A DNA stretch of 64,000 nucleotides, taken from NCBI GenBank assembly GCA_030390025.1, contig CM059433.1:30754001-30818000 (forward strand). The letters run 5' to 3'. Source of the DNA: Squalus acanthias. Lineage: Eukaryota. The notes under the pieces are model-generated. The model was not told the origin of the DNA. It saw only the letters and a list, made by a program, of their open reading frames with translations, and searched no databases. The position numbers and the translations under genes were made by a program. Position 1 is the stretch's first letter; every line of letters begins with the position of its first letter. Positions 1-12,149 of the stretch are shown in pieces.

Positions 1-245
1 TCGTGCCTTTAGCCATCTGGGCCTTATTCTCTGGAATTCTCTCCCTAAGTCTCTCCGCCTCTCCACCTCTCTCTCCTCCTTTAAGACACCCCTTAAAACC
101 TACCTCTTTGACCAAGCATTTGGTCACCTGTCCTAATATCTCCTTATGTGACTTTGTGTCCAATTTTGTCTGGTAATGCTCCTGTGAAGCGACTTGGGGC
201 GTTTTACTACGTTAAAGGCACTATATAAGTGCAAGTTGCTGTTGC
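1..245 (+). mobile_element. L2-clade LINE, 3' end
   Basis: ORF end (…FKTPLKTYLFDQAF) and 3' UTR ending ggcactatataagtgcaagttgctgttg; same tail as the other L2 copies in the window. Confidence 0.8.
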
Positions 246-845
246 CAGGGGGATCGTTCCTTTAGTTGCACAGTTGTAGGTAGTATTTGTTAACGATATG
301 CCAGTTCACCAAAGGATATAAGACTGTAGTTAAGAAATAAATTAAAAAACGAGCTGTGAAATAATGGTTCCATTATGTGAAAGGCACGATAAAAATCACT
401 GATGCTTTGAAGCCGGAACATAAATATAGAAGGTCCATGGAAAAAAATACATTATTAAAGGAGCTTTCATACAAAAGACGGCACAATTTCGAAAGCTGCG
501 GCACTCGAATGATCTATGCAGAAATGCAGCCTCCATGGATTGAATCTTGAAGAGTTTGCACTGGATGTGTTTGTGCTTTACTCTGTAGGAAGCTGATTTT
601 TAATGAATTGGTGGGATCTGTTTATGTAGAAAGGTCACAATGGACAACAAATTCAAATTACACTCGGGATATATTTTTACAGTCTTTCTCACAATTCTAA
701 TTTTCCCTGCAGCTTAATGTTAATCTGTTTCCTATTCAGTTTTAAAGTGTCCACAACCCTCAGATGTAATCCTGCTAAGGTTTTTTCATCTATATATATT
801 TGGTTTCTGAAGAAAACATGAGGTAATTTTCATGACTTCGTTTTT

Positions 846-965
846 GCTTCAAACGATCGGAGTGTGGCTCAGTCAGAAGGTCATGGGTTCAAGTCCCTCT
901 CCAGAGACTTGAGCACAAAATCTAGGCTGACACTCACAGTGCAGTAACTGCTGCACTGTTCAATG
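846..965 (+). mobile_element. DeuSINE head fragment with variant 5' end
   Basis: tggctcag…ggttcaagtccc tRNA A/B-box-like head followed by ccagagacttgagcac…gctgacact, as in the full-length copies. Confidence 0.7.
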
Positions 966-1013
966 TGCCTTTCATGACCTTGGGATGTCCCAAAGCGCTT
1001 CAATGCCAATTTT

Positions 1014-3255
1014 GTTTTTATTCGTTCCTGGGATGTGGGCGTCACTGGCAAGGCCAGCATTTATTGCCCATCCCTAATTGCCCTTGAGAAGGTGATGGTG
1101 AGCCACCTTCTTGAACCACTGCAGTCCGCGTGGTGAAGGTACTCCCATAGTGCTGTTAGGGAGGGAGTTCCAGGGTTTTGACCCAGCGACTATGAAGGAA
1201 CGGCGATATATTTCCAAGTCAGGATGGTGTGTGACTTGGAGGGGAACATGGAGGTGATGGTGTGAAGGAATAAGCCATATAACCTATTCAGAAAAATACA
1301 CCATTCTATGAAAGAATTCTGGCCTTATTAAAACATGACAAACTGGGTTTGGAAATCTAGAAATCTAACTATGAAAAAGCTGTGATAGCATTCTGGCTAC
1401 TGAGATAAGATACTTGTTGATACTGAATCAATAACCTTATTGAAACAGAAGGTTAAAGGCTCCCGACAGTCTGAATCTTTCGGAACAAGACAATGGTTCA
1501 CCCTGGTTAAGGTGTTCTAATTTACACTTCGTAAAGAAGCACAAACATCTGCCGTCGTAAAAATGACATCAAGTAAAACGCACCTGCTGTTACACCGTTT
1601 TTTATGGTAAAATTAGAACACCTAGAGAAGAGACATAATTCTGCAATGTTACCAGCTGAGGTGACTGTAAGAATTGCAGGGGTCAGCAGAAAAATGACTA
1701 GAGATAATTAGCTTACAGCAGCAGAAAACCTTAAAGGAAATACCACTGGAAAAGGGTATAAATATTGAACTCTCAAATGGGATAGTAGACTCACTTTAAA
1801 GGGGCAAGGCGATTCTCGGCTTCAGAGGCGGCTCTGTAAGTCTCCAACTCTTTGTACCTCGGGTATCAAAGTTATTTGATTTTGGTGGATATCCTGAATA
1901 TAACTTTATTAACTTTAAAACTGTAGCGAAGTTAAGATTTGAAAGTAAGTTTCTCTGATAATAGAATTGTAAGCTTTCCCTTTTTGGAACTGTTAATGTT
2001 GTGATTGACTCACCAACTGTTACATGTCAGTTCTTTAATAAATCTATATATTTTTAGAATTGTCTCACATAAAACTTCTGTATCAAACTCGCAAACTCAA
2101 TCTCTGTACACTCTTTGGTGAGGAGTTGCAGAATTCTGGGGGAGTTTTCTGGACCCTCATAATATCCGGAACGTTACAGTCTAGCTAAACTTATTAAAAG
2201 TGCTATCTGGAGGATGGTAACATTTTCAGGTTGTTCCTTTCCTTTAGGGAGAGATAGTCCGGACCTTTAGACCCAATTAAGTGTCTTTAGGATTCGGCTA
2301 CCTCTAACTTTAGTTGAAAGTGAACGTCTGAGGAATACGCCTGATCCGGGGTAGCCCTAAAGGGGCTAGGACTAGTAATTATCCCTTCAATGGTGTTCCC
2401 ATGCGCCTGCTGTCCTTGTTCTTCCAGGTGGTAGAGGTCGTGGGTTTGGGAGGTGCTGTCGAAGAAGTCTTGGCGAGTTGCTGCAGTGCATCTTGTAGAT
2501 GGTACACACTGCAGCCACGGTACGCCGGTGGTGGAGGGAGTGAATGTTTAAGGTGGTGGATGGGGTGCCAATCAAGCAGGTTGCTTTGTCCTGGACGGTG
2601 TTGAGCTTCTTGAGTGTTGTTGGAGCTGCACTCACCCAGGCAAGTGGAGAGTATTCCATCACACTCCTTACTTGTGCCTTGTAGATGGTGGAAAGGCTTT
2701 GGGGAGTCAGGAGGTGAGATACTTGCCGCAGAATACCCAGCCTCTGACTTGCTCTTGTAGCCACAGTATTTATGTGGCTGGTCCAATTAACTTTCTGGTC
2801 AATGGTGATCCCCAGGTGTTGATGTTGGGGGTTTCGGTGATGGTAATGCTGTTGAATGTCAAGGGGCGGTGGTTAGGCTCTCTCTTCTTGGAGATAGTCA
2901 TTGCCTGGCACTTGTGTGGCACGAATGTTACTTGCCACTTATCAGCCCAAGCCTGAATATCGTCCAGGCCTTGCGGCACGCGGGCACGGATTGCTTCATT
3001 ATCTGAGGAGTTGCGAATGGAAGTGAACACAGTGCAATCATCAGCTAACATCCTCACTTCTGACTTTACAAGGGAGGGAAGGTCATTGATGAAGCAGCTG
3101 AAGATGGTTGGGCCTAGGACACTGGCCTGTGGAACTCCTGCAGCGATGTCCTGGGGCTGAAATGATTAGCCTCCAACAACCACAACCATCTTCCTTTGTG
3201 CTAGGTATGACTCCAGCCAGTGGAGAGTTTTCCCCTGATTCCCATTGACTTCAAA
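1014..3255 (-). mobile_element. Non-LTR retrotransposon 'family B' (CR1/L2 group), RT C-terminus and 3' end; pieces 1014-1262 and 2390-3255
   Basis: Translations …LADDCTVF…DIQAWADKWQVTF and ASQRLGILR…YKAQVRSVMEYSPLAW; same 3' end at 12961, 14680, 20755 and 24665. Confidence 0.85.
1263..2389 (+). mobile_element. Solo LTR (retrovirus or LTR retrotransposon), about 1.13 kb
   Basis: TG…CA ends with inverted termini TGAAGGAATAA / TTATCCCTTCA; flanking duplication ATGGTG (1257-1262, 2390-2395); TATAAA at 1757; AATAAA at 2037; cleanly interrupts a LINE. Confidence 0.8.
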
Positions 3256-3617
3256 TTAAGTACTTTTGAAGTGTAGTCACTGTTGTAATGCAGGAAACGT
3301 GGCAGCTAATTATGCACAATGTGATAATTACCAGATAATCTGGTTTTAGTGACGTCGGTTGAGGGATAAATATTGGTCAGGACACCGGGGAGAACTCCCC
3401 TACTATTCTTCAAAATATTACCATGGGATCTTTTGCGTCCTCCTGAGAGGGCCCAAGGGGCCTTGGTTTAATGTCTCGTCCGAAAGACACATTTTCCCAG
3501 CCCCCAACTGCACTGCCAACACGCTCCAAGTTTCAACACCGCGGTTATCCTAAATATCGGAGCTGGCTTCTATCCGGACTTGACTTGTCCCTCACTTAAC
3601 CTTTTGGGCCACACAAT

Positions 3618-4362
3618 GGCCCAAAAATTAGTGCCACTACGCGAGAGTACGCACTGTGTACTCTCGCGTATTCTGTCTCCAATTGCCGGTTTTCTGCATG
3701 CACTGCGCATGCGCTGGAAACCGGCACTTGGTGAATTCAAAAGGGGGCGGTTCCTAGGTGAACTGCGTGCGCGCTACAGGCTGCGCGCACGCAGTGCACT
3801 TAGTGCTTTGGACGCGCAGGTAAGCATGGAAGATTTTAGACATAAAGAAAGGAGGTGTAAGACCCTCTTTTAACAAGGTAAGTACTTAATTAAGTATTAT
3901 TTTGAATTTTTTTTAACAGGTATATCTTTTTTAGAGACTTTAAAGACAGGTAAGTTTATTTTTATAACTTTTTAAAAGATTTTAAATTTTTTCAAAAATT
4001 TAATTTTTTGTTTAAAATGGTTAATTTATTTAACTATACTTATTTTATTAATGTGATGGTTTTTAAAAAAAATTTAATTGAGGTTTAGCTGTTCTTTTGG
4101 GGGGGGTATAGTATTCATAGCTTTCACAGCCGTGCTGTGAAAGCTATGAATGAAAGATGGTGTGCTGCCATTGGCTCTAACTGAGTCACGTGATCCCACA
4201 GCTCGCACGAATTAACTACGCCTGTGGGATACGAAAGCACTGCACAGCTGCTGTCCAGAACATCAAGTTCGTGCGAGCTCGGACTGAAAAAGCCAGCGCG
4301 CAGTGAGAGATCGCGGGAAGGCCTTACCCTCGCACGAAGGCTCACTCACTAATTTTTGGGCC
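3618..4362 (+). mobile_element. PIF/Harbinger-type MITE, family A copy 1
   Basis: 16-bp TIR GGCCCAAAAATTAGTG / CACTAATTTTTGGGCC; 3-bp TSD AAT; near-identical inverted copy at 54275-55017. Confidence 0.85.
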
Positions 4363-4559
4363 AATGTCCTCCCCGGCCTGCAAGCAACTGTTGGAGATCC
4401 TTCATCGTCCTTACAATGTGTTTCAACTCACTGCCTCCTTTCAGTGTTGCCTGTTGATGTTGCCTGGAGAGTCTTGGTGGCTTGTTTCATGGAGAGCTGC
4501 AACTTTCAGTGAGACAAGCTGTTGCCACCAGCAAGGTCAACTGGTGCCGCAATGTCTGA

Positions 4560-6850
4560 TTCTTCAACTGACAACAGGGTCACGTCAAGTATTGCCTGAA
4601 AGCAAAGCTTGGTCAGGTCCTGCTCGAGCACAGGGTTGCGTTGGCTTGGATTGAGTTCTACCTGACTATGGTTGAGTTAGGTCCAGATCTATCTCAGAGT
4701 AGATATGATCAGGTCCTGCCTCAGAACAAGAGGTGGATGGGGGCCAGTCCTGCCTGAGAACAAGGTTAGGTTGGGTCCTGTTTGAGAGCAGGATTGGGTT
4801 GGGTCCTGCTACAGGTAGAGTTGGGCTGGGTTGGCTCCAATTCTGCCTGAGAGCGCAGATGACTCTTGTCAGCTCTCGTGCTCCCTGAGACTAAGGTCGG
4901 GTCAGGTTCTGTGCGAAAGCATGATGCTGTTGATTCCTGCCTGGAAGAGGGTGGGATAAGGCCCTGTACCATCTGAGAGTGGGGTTTGGTCAGGGTCTGC
5001 CTGAGAGCAGGGTTGGGTCAGGTCCACTTCTGAGCATACAAACATGCGAAAACGACAGATAGGAAAAGACAAGCAGGTCCACTAAGTCTATCTCCAGGTG
5101 CAACTTACGCACTCCGTGACTCCCAACACAACATCCCCCAACAGCCATGCAAACTCCTAGGAGAAGCAAAAAACCTGCCTGAGAGTCGGGTAGAGTCAGG
5201 TTCTGCCTGAGACCAGGGTCAAATTGGGCCCTGCCTGAGACCATAAGAACATAAGAACATAAGAACATAAGAAATAGGAGCAGGAATAGGCCACTTGGCC
5301 CCTCGAGCCTGCTCCGCCATTCAATAAGATCATGGCTGATCTTGGGCTCAAAGCCACTTCCCAGCCCGCTCCCCATAACCCTTGACTCCCTTATCTTGCA
5401 AAAATTTGTCTATCTCCACCTTAAATGTATTTAATGACCCAGCGTCCACAGCTCTCTGGGGCAGAGAATTCCACAGATTTACGACCCTCTGAAGAAGAAA
5501 TTCCTCATCTCAGTTCTAAAACTCAGTTCTAATTCTGAAACTATGTCCCCGAGTTCTAGATTTCCCCACGAGGGGAAACATCCTCTCTTCATCTACCTTG
5601 TCGAGCCCCCTCAGTATCTAATATGTTTCAATAAGATCACCTCTCATTCTTCTAAATTCCAATGAGTATAGGCCCAGCCTGCTCAACCTTTCCTCATAAG
5701 TCAAACCCCTCATCTCTGGAATTAACCTAGTGAATCGTCTCTGAACTGCCTCCAATGCAAGTATATCCTTCCTTAAATAAGGAGACCAAAACTGTACGCA
5801 GTACTCAAGGTGTGGTCTCACCAATACCCTGTACAGTTGTAGCAGGACTTCCCTGCTTTTATACTCCAACCCCCTTGAAATAAAGGCCAACATTCCATTT
5901 GCCTTTTTGATTACTTGCTGTACCTGTATGCTAACTTTTTGTGTTTCATGCACAAGGACCCCCAGGTCCCTCTGAACTGTAGCATTTTGTAATCTCTCTC
6001 CATTTAAATAGTAGTTTGCTTTTTTATTTTTCCTGCCAAAGTGGATAACCTCGCACTTTCCCACATTATACTCCATCTGCCAAATGTTTGCCCACTCACT
6101 TAGCCTGTCTATATCTTTTTGCAGATTCTATGAGTCCTCTGCACAACTTGCTTTCCCACCCATCTTTGTATCATCTGCAAACTTGGCTACATTCCCTTTA
6201 ATTGCCACTCCCAAAGCGGCCAGCCGAGTTCACAATGCCTCCTCTTGCTGGCGTTGTTGGCGCGAGGCGATAAAGCCGGGGTGGGGGGGGGGGGAGAAAA
6301 AAAGACAATTTTCCATCCGGCGGATAATGGGGCGCTTAGCACTTTATGACATCACGATCTGCGAGGTGCTAGAGGCCCAGGCGTTAAGAGTTAGCACCAG
6401 TGTTAAACCAGCACTGAAGTTCGCAGGCGTCGGGTCGGTTCCAACTGTGCCTGACTATGGTTGAGTTAGGTCCAGTTCTATCTGAGAGTGGATGTGATCA
6501 GGTCCTACCTCAGAGCAAGGGGTGGATGAGGGCCAGTTCTTCCTGAGAATAAGGTTGAGTTGGGTCCTATTCTGCCTGGGAGCACAGCTGAGTTAGGTCT
6601 AGTTCTATCCCATACTAGACCTGAGCAGGTCCTGCCTCAGAGCAGGGTTACCTGAGACAAGGTTGGGTTGAGCTGGATCCTAATTCAGAGCAGGGTTAAG
6701 TTAGACATGACTCTGCCTGAGGGGTTGGAGAAGGTCCGGCTGAGTTGAGTCTGGTTCTGCCAAGCGGAGGGTCAGATAGGGCCCTGTCACGACAGCGGAG
6801 TTGGGTTGGTTCCAGTTCTGTCTGCGAGCAGGCCTGGGCCTTATCTGAGA
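4560..6850. repeat. Degenerate minisatellite (…gggttgggt/cag-gtcctgcctgagagca…), interrupted by a CR1 and a MITE fragment
   Basis: Recurrent cctgaga/gggttgggt units; a block of about 115 bp at 4661 recurs at 6450. Confidence 0.65.
5242..6195 (-). mobile_element. CR1 LINE, 5'-truncated
   Basis: ORF 5618-6076 (KCEVIHFGRKN…RPHLEYCVQFWSP); (ATAAGAAC)n tail at 5243. Confidence 0.95.
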
Positions 6851-6851
6851 G

Positions 6852-7580
6852 ACTGTTTGCAACCTCGGCGTTCTATTTGACCGAGCTGAGCTTCTGACCC
6901 CATATCCTCTTAATCACTACAACCGCCTACTTCCACCTCCATAACATCGCCCGTCTCCTCCACTCCTCAACCCATCTGCTGCTGAAACCCTCATCCATGC
7001 CTTTGTTATCTCTAGACTCAACTATTTCAATGCTTTGTTGGCTGGCCTCCCATCTTCCACCCTCCATAAGCTTGAGCTAATCCAAAACTCTGCTGTCCAT
7101 ACCATAACTCACACCAAGTCCCGTTCACCCATTCACCCACCACCCCAGTGCTCGCCGACCTACATTGGCTCCCGGTCCGGCATTGCCTTGAATTTTAAAT
7201 TCCCATCATCGTGTTCAAATCCCTCCATGGCCTCGCCTCGCCTCTCCCTATCTCTGTAATCTCCTCCAGCCCTACAATCCTCCAAGATCTTTGTGCTCCT
7301 CCAATTCTGGACTCTTGTGAATCACTGATTTTCATCACTCCACCATTGGTGGCTATGCCTTCAGCTGCCTAGGTCCAAAGCTCTGGAGTTCTCTCCCTCA
7401 ACCTCTCCGCCTCTCTAACCTATTTCTCCTCCTTTAAGAGGCTTCTTAAAACCTACCTCTTCGACCAAGCTCCTAATATCTCTTAATGTGGCTTGGTGTC
7501 TTTTTATCTGATTACGCTCCTGTGAAGCGCCTTGAGGCATTTTTCTACATTAAAGGCGCTATATAAATATAAGTTGTTGT
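6852..7580 (+). mobile_element. L2-clade LINE, 3' part
   Basis: AETLIHAFVISRLNYFNALLAGLP… motif; tail ggcgctatataaatataagttgttg. Confidence 0.9.
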
Positions 7581-7965
7581 TTTTTTATTCATTCACGGGA
7601 TGTGGGCGTCGCTGGCAAGGCCAGCATTTATTGCCCATCCCTAATTGCCTTTGAGTGGGTTGCTGGGCCATTACAGAGGGCAGTTAAGAGTCAACCACAT
7701 TGTTGTGGGGCTGGAGTCACATATAGGCCAGACCAGGTAAGGATGGCAGATTTCCTTCCCTAAAGGGCATTAATGAACCAGATGTGTTTTTATGACAATC
7801 CGGTAGTTTCATGGTCATTATTATTGATACTAGCTTTTTATTCCAGATTTATTTATTTAACTGAATTTAAATTCCACAGCTGCCATGGTGGGACTCATGT
7901 CTCCGGATTATTAGTCAAGGTCTACAGGATTACTAGTCCAGTAACGTAACCACTATGGCACCGTT
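7581..7965 (-). mobile_element. tRNA-derived SINE with MetaSINE-like core and a 3' tail shared with LINE family B
   Basis: tRNA-like head near 7965; core ctggttcattaatgccctttagggaaggaaatctgcc resembles the Meta domain as I recall it; about 70-bp tail matches 1014-1088. Confidence 0.6.
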
Positions 7966-8209
7966 CTCGTGTTGTAGACTTGAGTCAGGTTGGGTTGGGT
8001 TTGGTTAGGTTCTGCTTTTCACATTGACTCAAATCACTATCCACAACCAGTAAAGAAAGAAATCTGTTGAAACTTGTCCAGTCAGTGCTGTCTAGAATGT
8101 TGACCCTTGATTTATGTACAAATGATAGATTTGATATCAGTTTTTTTGTTGCCTAGAATGTAGGGAGGTGGCTGTTTTTGTAAGGGTCCTCTCAAGTGTA
8201 TACATTGAA

Positions 8210-8768
8210 TTACATAGAATTACACAGAATAGACAGCACAGAAACAGGCCATTCGGCCCAACTAGTCTGTTCTGGTGTTTACATTCCACACGAGTCTCCT
8301 CCCATTCCATCTACCGTATCTCAGCGTTTCAGCATATCTTTCTATTCCCTTTTCTCTCATGTACTCGTCTAGTTTCCTTTTGAAAGCATCTAAGCTATTT
8401 GCCTCACCACTTCCTGTGGTAGCGAGTTCCACATTCTAACCAGTCTCAGAGTAAAGAAATTTCTCTTTATTTCCCTATTGGATTTATTAGTAACTATCTT
8501 GTATTTATGGCCCCTAGTTTTGGATTCTCCCACAAGTGGAAACATTCTCTCCACAGCTACCCTGTCCAACCCATGCATAATTTTAAAGACCTCTATCAGG
8601 TCTCCTCTAAGTCTTTTCTTTTCTAAAGAAAAAAAACCCCAACCTGTTCAATCTTTCCAGATAGCTGTAATCTCTCAGTTCTGGTACCATCCTTGTAAAT
8701 CTTTTTTGCACTTTCTCCAGTGCTTCTATGTCCTTTTTATAGTATGGAGACCAGAACTGTGCCCAGTA
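8210..8768 (-). mobile_element. CR1 LINE, 3' fragment
   Basis: ORF 8390-8578 (MFPLVGESKTRGHKYK…RNFFT) and CR1 3' UTR. Confidence 0.9.
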
Positions 8769-9779
8769 CTTTTTTAGTATGCGTTATATCAGAAGCAGTA
8801 AAAGCAGCAAATGGTGCAAGTCAGATCATCAGCAGTGTATATACATGTAGAAATAACTGAAAGGCATGAGGTAAATGCTGAGATTATATACACTGGAGGA
8901 AGAATTAATACAGTGAGACTATAGAGAGAGTTTATGCAGAGAAAATTATATATATATATACAATTTATATTCTTTGGGCTTTTTTGCACAGGAACGGAGA
9001 AGGCTAAAGGGGAGATCTGATAGAGATTTTCTAAATTATGAATGGTTGGCAAATGACTAACAACGGGGAATTAGAACTTGGAATTCTTTATCACAAGTGA
9101 CTGCTGAGGCAGAGATTGCAACATCCTTTGGAATCACATTGAATAAGCACTCGATTAGGAAGAATAGAAGCAGGATATGGAGCAAGGGTGGAGAAATGGG
9201 ATTACAGTAGATAGCTCCAGTGGAAGAGCTAGCACTGGAACAAGCGTGATGGGCTGAATAGCCTCCTTCTGTGCTATTTATATATACAGTTGGATATGCT
9301 TATTCAATTAGATATATTTCTAATTATTAATGTGCTTCCTTTATATATTCTGTATGATTCCAATACTGATCTATTTTTATATCTGATCATATAATAAGTT
9401 GCAAGAGCACTTTTTGGTATGATATTTAAGTACATAACGAGCCTGGGTGACTAGCACAAACGGACGTACTCAATGATACCTTTTTAAATTTTTAATCTGA
9501 GACCAACACCATGGCACATCTACGACCTCAAGTAGAAAACTGAACAATAGTGTTTTATCTCATAAAGGATCTCCACATAAAACATGAATCTGTCTGTTCT
9601 CTTTCAGATGTTGATGAACTCACTGTGCACTTCCAGCAATCTCTTGCGATTTCCAGCATTTGCAGTTTTTCTTTTTACTTGTATGAAGAGTTTTTGTCTG
9701 GTTATCAGATGCCCATTGATTGGTCGCACTGACCTCGAGAGGACCTTTTTATATCAAAATCCAGCTGTTTTGATTTTAG

Positions 9780-9884
9780 AAAGAAAGACTTGCATTTATA
9801 TCGCAACTTTCATGACCTCAAGTCTCTGGAGTGGGACGTGAACACACGGCTTTCTGACTGAGCTGTGCTCCGATCGTTTGAAGC
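9780..9884 (-). mobile_element. Internally deleted DeuSINE with variant head
   Basis: Head joined directly to tail; same unusual 5' end as 846-965. Confidence 0.7.
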
Positions 9885-10237
9885 TTTACATCAGAAGTGC
9901 TAAGTCATTGGGGGCTAAATTGGATAGCACCCGAAATGGGTGTGGGTTAATCGTGCACTGCGATTAACCCGCGTCCGTTGCTTCCAATGTAGGCAGCACG
10001 CAACCTTTGTGCTGCCTCCTGATTTAAATGATTGGAGCGTGCAACCAACACTAAACACATTTTTGGGTGGCTGCACGCCTTAGAGGGGGCCCAAGTTTGT
10101 GTGAGGCTAGCACCACTTAAAGCTAGCCTGCACTAATTAAAGCCAGTCTGCACATCTTAAAGGGGAGGTGCATTCTGGCTGGAGCAGGTGTTGGAACACT
10201 TTGTGGAGAAGACTCTGAGCAGGAAGCAGACTGAATA

Positions 10238-11981
10238 ATGGTGCAATAGGGAAGACAGCGTGCTCCAAGGTTCTCTGATGCTGCACTGGAGGCCTTGGTG
10301 GAGGAGGTGGACAGGAGGAGAGAGGTCCTCCATCCACAGGGGGCCAGGAGGCCCTTTAGACAAACTCTGTGAAGGCAGCGGGAGCAGATAGCCCTGGCGG
10401 CCAATGCCAGGAGTCAAGCCCCGAGGAGCTGGATGCAGTGCCGCAAGAAGTTCAATGACCTCACAAGAGTGTTCAAGTTAAGTAAATTAATCTTCAAATG
10501 CCATATCCCACAAACTGCACCATTAGCCTCACACACTGCTCAATGCACCACAGCCGCATCACTTACCTACCAATAATCTCTATCAAACATGACTCATACC
10601 TCACATTCATAGCTTTGCCTCACACCCACATCTCACAGCTTGCACACACCGTCAGCTATTCAAGTTGGTGCATAACCAGAGGCAGCAGGTGGCTCGCCTG
10701 CATATCCTTACCCCGATGGAGGAGATGGTGGTCACCATCATTGAAGCAGCCATTGCTGACACCATGGCCAGTGGCGGGGCTAAAACCATCAAAGATGACG
10801 GTATCCTCATACGTAATCCTCCTTCTCACATCCCACCTCCCCCGCATCCCACAATGTGTAAGCATGCACCTTTTACTTTCCCCCTCCCCACACCACAACC
10901 CTACCCTTGCACCGTTCTCCTTTCAGATACCCAAGAACTGCAACCTGGCCAGGCAGTGGTTGAACAGCAACAGCTGGAAGAGGAAGAAGGCAGTGATGAT
11001 GAAGACACAGCACCATCACTCGATTTCACACTCACAGCCACCAGCTCAGATACAGACACTGCGCATAATTTAGAGGATAGCTTAGAAGCGGGATCTGCAT
11101 GTGGTGAGACTCTGGGCACGACTGGCCTGCAGCTAGGGCAGGGGACAAGGGTAGTGCAGGTACCAGCTCACGGGGAGCAAGGTCGCACATGGGCTCTGCT
11201 GCAGAGGACTCAGATGAGCACTTTGAGGGGGCGAGCTACAGAAGATGACTGATGCGTATGCACAATGAAATGCTTGGTGCAGTGGCAGGCCTACCAGAAA
11301 GCCTGCGTGCAATGTCAAGGAACAGAGAGGAGTCCGGCACCAACTTGGCACAGGGCTTTGCACAGAGCTTGGGTCCATCCTTTCCAGCATGAAAGTAGTG
11401 GCCAACTCCATTAGCACATTTGTAGACCCAGCCACGATGCAGCGTCTGATGGCCGATGTCTCAGCTTCCATTGCAGCACAGCAGAAGCCAGCCAACGTCT
11501 GGGTGCTGCAGTGGAAGCTCAGACTTCTGTCATGCAAGCTTAAACTGCTGCCATCGTGGCTGTGGTTACCAATATTCAAAGGGGCTTGCAGGGTTTCACA
11601 GCAGTCCAGCAATCTGTCCTCCAACAGATGGCTAGGATTGCTGAGGCGCTGCCCCAGGGGAGTGGCAGTGTCCTCTCTCAGGATGACAGCATTCGTCCTC
11701 CCACCCCTACCACTCCGCCAGTGCCCTTACTGTTGCCTGTCAGCCAGCCAGCCCAGACTGTTGCCGCCCATGCTGAGGTGGTGCAGTCCGAAGCTGGGCC
11801 TTCTAGGCCCAGAGCTACTCAAGGTCATCCTCCAAGGTCATCTGCAGTCTCCCCCACTGAAAGTCAACAGCCTTCCTCCAGCCATGCAGCAGCCACTGGG
11901 GTAGCACTTCTTGGAGCGCTAGGACAGGCAAAGGCACATGCAAGACAGGCATTAAGGGAATGCACAAATATGATTTGTTGA
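10238..11981 (+). pseudogene. Harbinger Myb/SANT-like DNA-binding protein gene, about three exons, disabled
   Basis: Exon 1 (10238-10477) reads RAPRFSDAALEALVEEVDRRREVL…SWMQCRKKFNDL with two stops; later acidic and low-complexity exons start near 10656 and 10928. Confidence 0.85.
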
Positions 11982-12149
11982 CGTTTGTATGCAATATGGC
12001 ATGGCATGATTTATAAATTTGGTTTGGAATGTTTATTTTGAGTTGGCTTTTATTTTTGCATTGTGGCCAAGCCGACATTGTAATGGTCAGTAACAGAGGG
12101 AAGGTAAGGTGTGGGACTGTTGGTGAATGGGGAATTGGGGTTGCGTTTA

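Larger units (their letters stand above)
966..3490 (-). mobile_element. DeuSINE (SacSINE1-like) split by a LINE; pieces 966-1010 and 3256-3490
   Basis: The two pieces are collinear with the intact copy at 18752-19222. Confidence 0.7.

Noticed and set aside
9590..9680. Degenerate Penelope pseudo-LTR fragment
   Set aside because: Too short and diverged to support
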